Assembly: GCA_950097015.1 (NCBI GenBank)
Contig: CATNEN010000039.1
Coordinates: 16,554,001-16,618,000 of the forward strand
DNA: 64,000 nucleotides
Direction of reading: 5' to 3'
Source of the DNA: Macrostomum hystrix
Taxonomy: Eukaryota; Animalia; Platyhelminthes
How positions within the stretch are numbered: the stretch's first letter is position 1; the number at the start of each line of letters is the position of its first letter. The notes beneath the pieces were generated by a model that ran no database searches, was not told the origin of the DNA, and was given only the letters and a program-made list of their open reading frames with translations. The position numbers were made by a program, and so were the translations under genes. Below, piece after piece: positions 38,801 through 52,000 of this stretch.

Positions 38801-41769
38801 TGCACAATGGTGAGTGTATAATTATTTAGATATACAATTATTTAGTCATTACTAACAAGTGGTGTCACATTTTTCCTGTAGTGCAGTATTTAGTGTAAAT
38901 CATTCTGCTTAAATAAATCTGAAATCCTCTGTCTAACACCTGAAATCCTCTGTCTAACACCTGAAATCCTCTGTCTAACAAAACACTTGAAATCCTCTGT
39001 CTAACACCTGAAATCCTCTGTCTAACACCTGAAATCCTCTGTCTAACACCTGAAATCCTCTGTCTAACAAAACACTTGAAATCCTCTGTCTAACACCTGA
39101 AATCCTCTGTCTAACACCTGAAATCCTCTGTCTAACACCTGAAATCCTCTGTCTAACAAAACACTTGAAATCCTCTGTCTAACACCTGAAATCCTCTGTC
39201 TAACACATGAAATCCTGTCTAACAAAACACTTGAAATCCTCTGTCTAACAAAACACTTGAAATCCTCTGTCTAACACCTGAAATCCTCTGTCTAACACAT
39301 GAAATCCTGTCTAACAAAACACTTGAAATCCTCTGTCTAACACCTGAAATCCTCTGTCTTACGAACATCTGAAATCCACTGTCTAACACCTGAAATCCCC
39401 TGTCTAACAAACATCTGAAATCCACTATCTAATGAGCATCTGAAATCGGGTAGGAAAAAATATGAAAATTTTGTTATTGTTTAACAATAATTGTCTAATG
39501 AAAGCGGTGCAATGTCTGTAAATTAGCCTCAGATAAGCCTTATCTGAGTGCTTATAATAACATGCTTAAAAGCAATTTACTAAACGTCATTCGATTACTT
39601 TCAGTATATTTATTATAAAGAACTAAATTCCTTTCAAGCAGTTGTTTTTGGAATTTCCGTTCTATTTGACAGCGGCAGTATTTGCAGTCCAGAGCACGTC
39701 TGGGAGAAAAAACAAAAAAATATATGCTTCCGGTGTTACTACAGATTAAAACAAGCACAAGTGAAACAGTAAAACTATTTTAAATGAAAGCGCGCATTTT
39801 GTGCATATAATGGAGATTACACAAAGGGTTTGCACGAAAATTGCACATTAACTGTTTTAACAAAAAAATCTAGTTTTTGGACCAACGGACATCGTGTTGC
39901 ATGAAATTTTACACCTTGTGTACATAATGGATTCAACTACTTATTAGTAGTATTAGCAAAAGTTGTTGTAGTAAAAGCCGGCAAGTGATAAAAAAATTCA
40001 GCACGTAAAAAAGTTAATTCGATTTCAATTTTTAAATTAAATGTTTTTAAATGAGAAAGCTTTTGTTTTGTTATAATTTATTGTCAAGTCTAATTTGTTA
40101 TATTCATATATTTATACAAAAGTTAAAAGCAACAACTGGATGTGGTCAGTTGTAAAATGTACAAAAACTTACAAAGCAGTAAAATATGAAGAGGTAATTA
40201 TAAATTATATTGCATCATCCAGTGTCAGACAGATGACAAAAAGGTGAGCATTTTTTAAGTTTGCACTAATTTAGTAAAAAATGAAGTTTTTTCAAAGATA
40301 AGCATGCAACCCGGATTAAATACACAAAAACTATTGAGTCAAGTGTTTAGTAGCTCTTATAAGCAAATAACAGTGCTAATTTGTTGTGTAAAATTAACAT
40401 TCTAGATTTAGAAGTGCGACGAGTTGGGATACAATAACTTTAGATATTTGAGTTAAGAGAGTAAATGACAGATTAGAGAAGATAGGAGAATTTATTTCAG
40501 ATAAAATATTAGCGATAAAAAATGAGAGATTATAGATTAGCGATGAGATCTTAAAATATTAGTAAATAAATAAAGTAAGGATTGACGACACAAAACACAT
40601 ATTTTATTAAATGACGGGGTCCAGCAGAAGACAAAAAGTAATTTGAATCTAAACAGATTCGATGGCCAATACATACCAATTTAAACAAAATATTCTTTGT
40701 GGAATTAGCAGAGTCTCAGGCAAATCACAGTCACAGCTTCTTTCATAATTTTTTTCGCCTAAATTGTCTTTTTTTCCTTAAGAAACAGATTATTAAAAGT
40801 ACATATTCACTCGCCATCGGACACTGGCTGTGGGCGAACGCCGCAATGCTGAAAGTATTCCTGCGGACCGCAGCGAACCACCTCCTCCATATTCATGGCG
40901 AATCTGTACACATATCTCTTGCCGGTAGTCTTCTCAATGATGCGCTTATCGTAGTAATACCGGAGTCCACGACTCAGCTTCTCGTAGTTCATCTTTGGCT
41001 TGTTCTTGCGTTGACCCTGTGTAAAGAAATTGTGCTTATTTATGATAGGAAAACATTGGTATCTTTCACAGTCAGGCTGTAATCCAGTTTTTTATAGTTG
41101 TGTAACACTAACATCGAATTAGACAGACATTAGAAAGGTAAAAAACTGTTAAAGAGTTAAAAAAAACTGCCGTTAGACTGGTATAAATACCTGTTAGACA
41201 GGTAGAAACACCTGCTAGAGAGGTAGAAACACCCGTTAGACAGGTAGAAACACCTGTTAGACAGGTAGAAACACCCTATAGACTTGTAGAAACACCTGTT
41301 AGACAGGTAAAAACACCCTTTAAACTGGTATAAATGCCTGTTAGACAGGTAGAAACACCCTTTAGACTGGTAAAAACACCTGTTAGACCGGTAGAAATAC
41401 CAGTTAGACCCGTAGAAACACCCGTTAGACTGGGAACACGCCTGTTATTTACTGGATAATGTTGCAACTGAGCTGCCAATTCTTACCCATCGCCGAGCCA
41501 CCTCGTCCGGGTTCTTGAGCTTGAACTCCCATTGGCCCTGGCCAGTCCAGCAGATGTGCCTATCAGAAGCCGGATTAGAAAGCTCTTCTAGTAGGAATTG
41601 CCACAGGTGCACTTGCCCGCCGCCGCCGCCGCCGCCGCCGCCGCCCCCGCCGCCGCTGGCGCTGGCGTTGGCGCCGACACTGACGTCGGCGAAATCTTCT
41701 ACGACATTGGCAACGGTAGAGGAGCTTCGATGCCCGAAAGCGCGTTGAGAATGCTGATGCTGAGATCTC

Positions 41770-41808
<39 letters not shown>

Positions 41809-43053
41809 AGTGGCACCTCGGTGTTGCTTTGAGCAAAGCAATCGTTAGCAAGTAGCTGCTCACAATGGCTTCCGCTTGCTGAAAGTTCCATCGCCAAGAT
41901 AATCTCGACTTCAGAAAGTTAAAAACAAATCAACTATAATAATTGCAGGAGGGCAGGGGGCATTGGCACATCATTTGGTGACACTGGACCCGCAGCCAGG
42001 GAGGAGGCAATTCTGCCCATTTCGCTGACTCCTGAGCACACACGCACTCACTCACACGTGTGTACATCTGCCCTGACTTTCTCATCGTCAAGCTGTGGAC
42101 ACTGTCACTGTGCCTTGGAGGTTGGCCTTCAGGGGCGTAAATTGCACGACAAGCCACCAAGCCTTCTCTCCGCGACTGCGCCCCAAATGAATGTGGCCTC
42201 ACCGCGGAATCGAGCTCAGGGACCTTTTTGGTTCCAGCTTCAGACTTGTCAAAAATGTCAAGTAGTTAATTCCGTAAGTCAGGACTAAAGCAAACATACC
42301 GTTTGCAGTTCCGATTAAGGCATCATCCTCATTCAGGGAACCCAATAGCTGATGTGCATGACCCTGTTCTGTGGACATGGTCGAGTAGCAGCAGTACTGT
42401 TGCTGCTGCTGCTGCTGCTGCTGCTGATGTTGCAGCGAAGTTCCAGGAAAATTGTTGGCTAAAAACAGATCGTTACAGAGCTGAGCTTCGGTTGGCATTT
42501 GGCAGTCGAACTGGTATTGCTGATGAGAATGATTGTAGCTCTGATAGCAGCCAGTGTAGTCGAATAGTTCGTCCATACTTGGATTCTGAGCTGGCCACAT
42601 CTGTTGTTGCTGCTGTTGCTGGGGATATTGCTGCATCTGCAGCTGGGAGCTATACGGATCTGCATCTGAAATATTGCGATAGCGTGGAAGAAAAATGGTT
42701 GTAGAAATGGGAAGCTAATGGTTAATGGGAAGAGCGGAGGGGAGACTAGAGGGAGGAGAGCGATGGTGGAGAGCGGAGGGGAGACTAGAGGGAGGAGAGC
42801 GATGGTGGAGAGCGGAGGGGAGACTAGAGGGAGGAGAGCAGAGGGAAGACTAGAGGGGGAACAGCGGAGGGGAGACTAGAGGAGAAAGAGCGGAGGGTAG
42901 ACTAGAGGGGGAGAGCAGAGGGGCAGAAGGGAGGGGAAGGGCGGAGGGCAGAGGGGAAGTGGAGGAGAGTAGAATGCGGATTGGTACAGACCTGGCATCA
43001 TGAGTCCTGTAGCGTGATTGCTATTCCACCAGGCCTCGCTGCTAAAGTCTGAG

Positions 43054-43094
<41 letters not shown>

Positions 43095-46000
43095 ATACAT
43101 GGCTTTCTCCTCTGCTGAGTCAGTCACCATTAGCAGATGATGGCAGGCAGCATCGTCGATTATTTGCCGCTCGTCGGCAGTCAAATCTGTCGCCTTTGTC
43201 ACTTCTGTGATCGCGGTTTGAAAAAGAATTGATGTTGCTATTGTTAACTCGAATAGATGTGTGATAAACAGACGGTCTGTTTATGGGCCTAAAAGCGAGT
43301 GAAATCTCGGGTGGGTTGTGTCTTATTACCCGAGGCCTAGAATGAAATCTCTCGAATTTCCTTGTTGGCGAGGTTCAGAGGTGTCTGTTAAGGTGTGTGT
43401 GCGTGCGTGCGTGTTTGGTGAGGCCTCCGACCAGTTGCCTTGCCGTCAGAACCAACCAACCCCATGCCTTTTATTTGTTTAACTTTTGTTGTTGTATTCG
43501 AATGGAGTAATATTAAAAAGAAAGTCCTACCTTCTAGTTCTACCTTACTAAGTTTCTAATTTAGTTTTTAGTTTTCCACTTTGTTGCCAAAAATCGTTAA
43601 CTTAATGTCTTTCTGGGAAAATTCAGAGAACGAATCATAGGATCTCTAAGAGAAACCTAGTTTAAGTCATTGCCTTAGCTAAGATCCATTTTCTACATAT
43701 GCAAATGCTATGCTAATATGTGTGCGCTCTGTTGCATGGAATATGCTAAAGGCAATAAGGCTAATGAATGGCTTGGCATTTTCTTTATTTGGTCTAGTCG
43801 GCGTTTCTTACTGATTATAAAGTTGGCCTGTTCTGTTTTAACGCAATCATTATGAAAGCTGACGCTCGATCTGACCAAATGACTGGTAGGCTATTTAGTA
43901 TTCTTGTGCAGGTGTATGACACTGGACTGCAATCTAGCTGAGAAATTGACAACGAATAGGTTTAGAGATCTAATTGATGAGAAAATAGGAGAACGGAAAG
44001 GAGGTAAGAGAGATTAGAAAGAAGAGAGGAGAGGAGAGAGAAGAGAGAAGAGAGGAGAGGATAGAGAAGAGAGTAGATGAGATGAGATAGAAGAAAGGAG
44101 AGGAGATGAGAGAGAAGAGAGAAAAGAGAGAGATAAGAGATATGAGAGAGATAAGAGATATGATAAATCAAAGATGAGAGAGAAGAGAGGAGATAAGAAG
44201 AGAGGAGATGAGAGAAAATAGAGCAGGGGAGAGAGAAGAGAGGAGATGAGAGAGGAGAGAGGAGACAGAAGAGCGAGAGGAGAGAGAAGAGAGGAGATGA
44301 GAGAGGAGAGAGGAGACAGAAGAGCGAGAGGAGAGAGAAGAGAGGAGATGAGAGAGGAGAGAGGAGACAGAAGAGCAAGAGGAGAGAGAAGAGAGGAGAT
44401 TATAAAGAAGAGAGGAGATTATGGAAAAGATAGAGTGAAGAGAAAAGAGAGGAGATAAGAGGAGAGGAGAGGAGAGGAGAGAGGTGAGAGGACACTGCCC
44501 ATTGAATTACAAAAATCTAATGTTGGAATCGATATGTATCGAAAAAATTGAAAGCCGGATTCGGACCAAGGCAACTCCAGACGTGAGTCGGGAGTCGGGA
44601 ATCGAACCCCAGACCTGTCGGTGGAAATTGCAAAACTAGAGGCTACGAGTGCCCATGCTATAGGAGACAGCGAAACTCAAAGACATGGGTGTCGGCACCT
44701 CGGAGCAGAACATTTTGAGCCATTTCTCAACGCAAAACAGCCAACTCACCGGCTGTGAGCTGACATTGAAGCGATCCGGAGCCAGTCAGCTGATCCACAG
44801 CTGGCACAGGCAGGTAGCCACAAGGCTGCTGCTGCTGCTGCGCATCGTCGAGCGCTGCGCAGAATGCCGCCCCGATCGTGGCTCCATTGCTGGCTGCGTC
44901 CTGATCTGTTGATGGTTTTGTTGGGCGGTAGGGTCACGGCCTGGGAATAAGGAGAGAATGGGAAGAAGGAGAGAAGGGGAAAAAGAAAAGAGAAGGGAAG
45001 AAGAACAGAAGGGGAAAAAGAAAAGAGAAGGGGAAGAAAAAGAGAAGGGGAAGAAGAAAAGAGAAGGGGAAGAAGGAGAGAATGGGAAGGATAAGATATC
45101 GGGAAGAAGAAGAGAAGGGGAAGAATGAGTGAAGGGGAAAAGGAGAGTAGGGGAAGAAGAAAAGAGAAGGGGAAGAAGGAGAGAAGGGGAAGAAGAAGAG
45201 AAGGGGGAAGAAGAAGAGAAGGGGAAGAAGGAGAGAAGGGGAAGAAGAAGAGAAGGGGGAAGAAGAAGAGAAGGGGAAGAAGAAGAGAAGGGGAATAAGG
45301 AGAGAGCGGTAGAATGAGAGGAAAATGGGAGATCATTAGTCGAGAAGCGAAGCTAGAACAGCGCGGGAGGAAATGAGCAGAAAGGCAAATAAAGTTTTCA
45401 AAAAAGTCAACACTAGCGGCGCGGTTTCTGACTGTGTAATAACAGTAGTCAGTTGCGCAACAAACTACAATCACTCCCGAGCACAAGTTGTAAAACCTGT
45501 GAATTTGTTGCCCAATTTATAACACCTCTTGACTGATTGTGTTAGCCAACAATTTTCCAAACAGTCCGACCGCAGTCGCCTTTGAAACTTACAGTTTAAT
45601 CTGCGTCAAAACTGTTACAGAATACTTATGCAAACAAACTGTAAACTGCTCGAGTATACCCTGCTAGATTTCGATAATTAAGTAAGAAAGCAGCTTATTA
45701 AAGTGAAATCGAGATTCTGTATGCAGATGGCTTCACTTGCATCGTCACTTTAGCATCCTTATTTAGCAATTCAAATCATCTGGTAATTTGAGGACCGCGA
45801 GTGCCATAATATGGCAGTTTCTTGACAATTGCTTCACACAGATTAAGTTTGTCATAGCAACCAGCGAAACACACGCGCGCACACACACACACACACACCT
45901 GTGCCGCGAGGCAAAGTCAAACGCTGCAGATGTGACCTGAATATTCGCCCAAACAAATGATTAGTTCTTGGATATAGTTTTTTGTAGTTTTTTTACTCGT

Positions 46001-49000
46001 CTAGTTTGGCAGCCTATCAGCTATTGTTTTGTTAAATTGGTCTAATCATTACTTTTCAGCTGAACCAAATAATTGACCAGTTTAATTCGTTTCGTTAATG
46101 CTTGCCCAGCAACCGTTTCTACCCTCTCTACCCCTCCCTCTCTAACGACACCTCTCTTCCCTGTCTACCTCTCTTTACCTACCTCTCTATCTACCTACCT
46201 CTCTATCTGCCTACCTCCCTATCTACCTACCTCTCTTTACCTACCTCTCTATCTGCCTACCTCTCTATCTACCCACCTACCTATCTACCTACCTCTCTAT
46301 CTACCCACCTCCCTATCTACCTACCTCTCTATCTGCCTACCTCCCTATCTACCTACCTCTCTATCTGTCTACCTCTCTATCTACCTACCTCTCTATCTGC
46401 CTACCTCTCTATCTACCTACCTCTCTATCTACCTACCTCTCTATCTACCCACCTCCCTATCTACCTACCTCTCTATCTGCCTACCTCCCTATCTACCTAC
46501 CTCTCTATCTGTCTACCTCTCTATCTACCTATCTCTCTATCTGCCTACCTCTCTATCTACCTACCTCTCTATCTACCTACCTCTCTACCTACCTACCTCT
46601 CTATCTACCTACCTCTCTATCTACCTACCTCCCTATCTGCCTACCTCTCTATCTACCTACCTCTCTATCTATCTACCTCTCTATCTACCTACCTCTCTAT
46701 CTACCCACCTCTCTATCTGCCTCAATCGAATCAAATTTTCTGTTTCCCATTTCCCATCGCAATTTGTCTCCCATCTATGTCTGCTCCTTTGTAGCCATAA
46801 ACTTCAAAATCTCAAACTGAAACAAATTAAAATTTTATTGTCTAAAAGACGACTGATAAACGCATTAAATCGCTTTTGTAGGGGATAAATTTCCGCTATT
46901 AGTGACTATATTGTAGACAAGACGACTCATAAAGTTGAGTAGATTTCCAGCCTCACTAAACTGCTACATGAACTGCTTTAATTATTATACAACTAACCCT
47001 ACTCATACCTGTTCAGGACCTCCCAGCTTCCATCAGAATTATATAATCTTTTATAGTCTATGGAAGAAGTCTGTTTTATAGGCGGACATCACGCAAAGAA
47101 GAAAAAGTGCAAAAAAAGAGCTTCATCCGATACCAACATCCTCATGCAGGCAATCGCTCCTCTTCTTTACTGATCCGCGTGTTCGAAAGTTCCCTCCCCC
47201 GACCTAATTGGAGTCCTTTCCTTGGCGGAGTGATAAAGACATTTAAAATAACCCCCCCCCACACAGATGCCTGTCTGCACTGTAGAACCACTTCCCACAT
47301 CCGCCTGTAATCTTGCATTGTCATCTGCGAACTAAAACAGAAAACCTTCCCCATTTGCAATGTCTGGGATAAAAAAAATTTCTAAAAAGTCAAACAAAAA
47401 ACTAATCGGGAGCACGCACAGCAGCAATTGTGTGTTCCTAGAACCGCTGGGAAAACTTACAGGGGGTAATTGTGTTCTACAGCAGACGCGCTTTTAAAAA
47501 AAGCAGACTTCATTGCGTCCATCAAAAATAAAAAAATCCCAACTAACTTCCGCCGCCACCGGGTCCGGAAAAATCCACTTCCGGGTGTGTTTGAATCCCT
47601 TGTTCCGTCCAGGTATATTCCCAGCCCCATTTTGTTTAAGGCGATTTTATTGCTCTTCTACAAGCGCGTGCAAATCTTTGTTTTCTTTGACGCCAAAATC
47701 TACTTCCGGGTCGGATTGCGATCCTTATTGTGTAAGGGAAGAGCTTGTTTTCCAGCTTGTAATACTCGTATTATGTTTAATCGAGGTCCGTCTATTCCCC
47801 CCCCCTAATTATGATTACTGGCCTGGGCGTGTGGTTGGACTGTTTTTTTATCATGTTTTATTCTATTTTCATTTTAATTTACTCACCAGAGAAAAAAGAA
47901 CACTCGGGACTTGTCCTGTGGCCTGGGGAAAACTCGGCTGAGCCCTGATGCTGCTGCTGCTGCTGCTGCTGTTGCTGCTGTTGAAATAAATTCTCGTCCG
48001 TGATTGAATTGTAGTTATAGCCTGAAACTGTTAGATTTAGTTCAACTGTTACACTTTTCTGGGATTTAAATATTGTAACGGCGGATTCTATGGGCGGATG
48101 AGCTTGAAGGGCAGCGGATTCTATGGGCGGATGAGCTTGAAGGGCAGCGGATTCTATGGGCGGATGAGCTTGAAGGGCAGCGGATTCTATGGGCGGATGA
48201 GCTTGAAGGGCAGCGGATTCTATGGGCGGATGAGCTTGAAGGGCAGCGGATTCTATGGGCGGATGAGCTTGAAGGGCAGCGGATTCTATGGGCGGATGAG
48301 CTTGAAGGGCAGCGGATTCTATGGGCGGATGAGCTTGAAGGGAGCGGATTCTATGGGCGGATGAGCGGCGGGGCAGAGTTTATGAGATTTCATGGTAACG
48401 GGTAGCGGATTCCATGTTAACGGGGAGCAGATTCCATGATAACGGGGAGCGGATTCCATGGTAACGGGGAGCGGATTCCATGGTAACGGGGAGCGGATTC
48501 CATGGTAACGGGGAGCGGATTCCATGGTAACGGGTAGCGGATTCCATGGTAACGGGGAGCGGATTCCATGGTAACGGGTAGCGGATTCCATGGTATCGGG
48601 GAGCGGATTCCATGGTAACGGGTAGCGGATTCCATGGTATCGGGGAGCGGATTCCATGGTAACGGGTAGCGGATTCCATGTTAACGGATAGCGGATGAAA
48701 AGCATTTAAACAGACTTACTAGCAAATATCTGCTCGACCGTTTCTTCAATATCTTTAGCAGATGGTTGAGCTTCAGCCGCGGAAAGTTCTTGCACTGCCT
48801 GCTGTTGCTGCTGCTGCTGCTGTTGCTGGTCAATGAGGGCCAGAAACTCAAGCTCTGTTGTCTCCAGTGTAGGCGCCTGCCACCTCATCTCAGCAGTGTT
48901 TAACATTTTGTTGAATTTTCGGATAATTCTGATAATAGTCTGCTTTGACAAGATTTCAATTGAAGCTGCTAGTCAATTTGTGCACTAGAACGAGCTATTT

Positions 49001-52000
49001 GGCGTCTCTCAGCTGCTCCATGGATGGGGTGGGTGCGCAGGGGCGACGGTTCCTATTGGCTGCAGAAATCTCCGCACAGTTATGTATAGCTGTGATCTGT
49101 TTTCTGTGCAGCATTTAACTTCTGCACCAATTGTGTTCGAAGCACATATTTAAAAAACACACATGTTCCAGTTTTATGAATGAATTGGACTAGTTGAAGC
49201 ACACTTCCTCTTGACAACTGCAAATTGAATTTGAACCTTGGAAACAATATTGAATGCAGATTTTTTAGCCTTTAAAAGAATCAATGAGAAACTTTGTGTT
49301 TTATTTTATATATTAAAGCTGAATTTCAAATGCTTAATCAAGTGAACATCCGAATTTAAAATCTGCACAATTAGTTTTTGGTTGCCAACAATATACAAGT
49401 ATTTTAGTGTTTCTGGTTGTTATGCATTTTTGAAACAATTTTTTTGGATTGATTCAGTGTCAGGACGAGTTTAGTTGCAACTGAGTGTGGTGCGTTTGAT
49501 AACTACAACTATTTAGCCTGCCGAGTCTACAACTCCGGTATTGGTACTCCAAGATCGAAGACAATAAAGAGCACAAAAGGGATAATAGATTTGGAGTAAA
49601 GGGTAGAAGGGGTAAGGAATGAAGGGAGAGGAGTGTAGGGAATGAAGGGAGATAAGTGTAGGGAATAAAGAGAGATAAGTGTAGGGAATGAAGGGAGAGA
49701 AGTGTAGGGAATGAAGGGAGAGAAGTGTAGGGAATGAAGGAGAGAAATGTAGGGAATGAAGGGAGAAAAGTTTGAGGAATTAAGCAATGAAGTATAGGGA
49801 ATTAAGGCAGATAAATGAAGGGAATGAAGGGAGGATAGTGTAGGGAGTGAAGGGAGAGAAATGAAGGGAATGAAGGAATGAAGTGTAGGGACCGAAGGAA
49901 GGGAATTAAAGTGAATGAAGGCAGAAAAGTTTGAGGAATGAAGGAATGAAGTATAGGGCATTAGGGGAGAGAAATGAAGGGAATGAAGGGAGGGGAGTGT
50001 TGGGAATGAAGGGAGAGAAGTGAAGGGAATGATGGGAGAGAAGTTTAGGAGATGAAAGGAGATAAATTAAGAGAATGAAGTAATGAAATATAGGGAATTA
50101 GGGTAGAGAAATGAAGGGAGAGAAGTGAAGGGAATGAAGGGATGGCAGAGAATGGAATGAATGAAGGCTAGAAAATATTGTGAGTTAAGGCTAAGAAACA
50201 CAATTCTTATAAATATTTTCATATTGTCCCCAGCTAAACAAATGCTCGGTGATGAATATAGTACTTTCTGTAAAAGTACAAAACAGTTAACCATATTTCA
50301 ATGCCAGTCAAGTGGACTTGTATATGGCGCTCTAAAACGATAAAATCTCTATTTAGCTAATTGTGACAAGTTAATAAACCAATCAGCAACCAATGCGCCC
50401 TGCTATCTAGATTTCTTCTATAATTTCAATTGATCAAATTAATCAAGTATTATAAATTATAAATTTTCTGGCTGACAGCCGCAGTCTGCGATTTGCTGAC
50501 TCTATTTTTCTAAGTAAAAATTGCATGAATTTTGTTTACAGTGACACACTTATGTTACCAAGGTGCTTATTTTCCAGCGATTACTTCTACAAAGAGAATC
50601 ACGCATGCGGCAGACAGGAAAATTTTAGTGATTATCATCTTCCTAAAGACGTCTTGCCTGACAGGAAGTGAATCAGGGCAAACAAAAGCGAATTGCAGCA
50701 ATGAACAAGAATTTGTTGATTAATATTTTTGCCTAGTTACAATGGTTTTGCTGCAGTTCTGGAAAATTTCACCTTCAAGTCTTTCTTTGTAAAGGCTTGA
50801 CCTGTCATTGTGAAGGCGGGGTTAAAAAATAGCTTTCTCTTGCAGTTGGAGCTGCTTAATAGGTTTGGAAACACTCCGATTTCACAACAACCGCCTGTGA
50901 TTGTAATCTCTTCCCTGTCTCATCTCTTCCCTGTCTCATCTCTCTCCTGTCTCATCTCTCTCCTGTCTCATCTCTCTCCTGTCTCATCTCTCTCCTGTCT
51001 CATCTCTCCCCTGTCTCATCTCTTTCCTGTCTCATCTCTCTTCTGTCTCATCTCTCTCCTGTCTCATCTCTCCCCTGTCTCATCTCTTTCCTGTCTCATC
51101 TCTCTTCTGTCTCATCTCTCTCCTGTCTCATCTCTCTCCTGTCCCATCTCTCTTCTGTCCCATCTCTCTCCTGTCTCATCTCTTTCCTGTCTCATCTCTC
51201 TTCTGTCTCATCTCTCTCCTGTCTCATCTCTCTCCTGTCCCATCTCTCTTCTGTCTCATCTCTCTCCTGTCTCATCTCTTCCTTGTCTCATCTCTCTTCT
51301 GTCTCATCTCTCCCCTGTCTCATCTCTATCCTGTCTCATCTCTCCCCTGTCTCATCTCTCCTCAGTCTCATCTCTCTTCTGTCTCATCTCTTCCCTGTCT
51401 CATCTCTCTCCTGTCTCATCCCTTCCTTGTCTCATCTCTTCTCATCTCTTCCGTGTTTCATATCTTTCCTGTACAAATTCTCAATTATGTCCATGCGACG
51501 CCATTGTTGACTTTTTTTATTAAATATTCTTCCCTGGAAGTGACATAGAGTTTCCGACCGCAATAATATAGTGCTTGTCAACTGGAATAGAATTTCCGCG
51601 TTTGTAATATGAAAAAAAGAAATATATTTTTCTTTAGGGGCCTGTCTTCAATGTGCAATCAAAATTTCAGTTGCATGTAGTTCTTGGCGTCTAACGAGGC
51701 TTGGTTACAATCGCAGGGATTGTCATTTTCGGGCCTGGAGCGGAAGAACAGAATTCTGGGATCCATATAGCGCAGACCATCAGATACATCCGTTTTCAGC
51801 AGCCAATCCAGAGCTAGGGTACCGTGCAATTGGTCCAGACCAAACCATTAGTGTTTGTTTGAAATGGTGCCTAGAATATTTTACCATTTGCTATCTGCAC
51901 ACTTTACCAGAGAATGCTTTTTTTATATTTCCAGGAATTTTTATGGGAAATTTTTTTCGCTTGAATACTTTTGTCGCGAAGAACCGGATGTAGGCATTTT

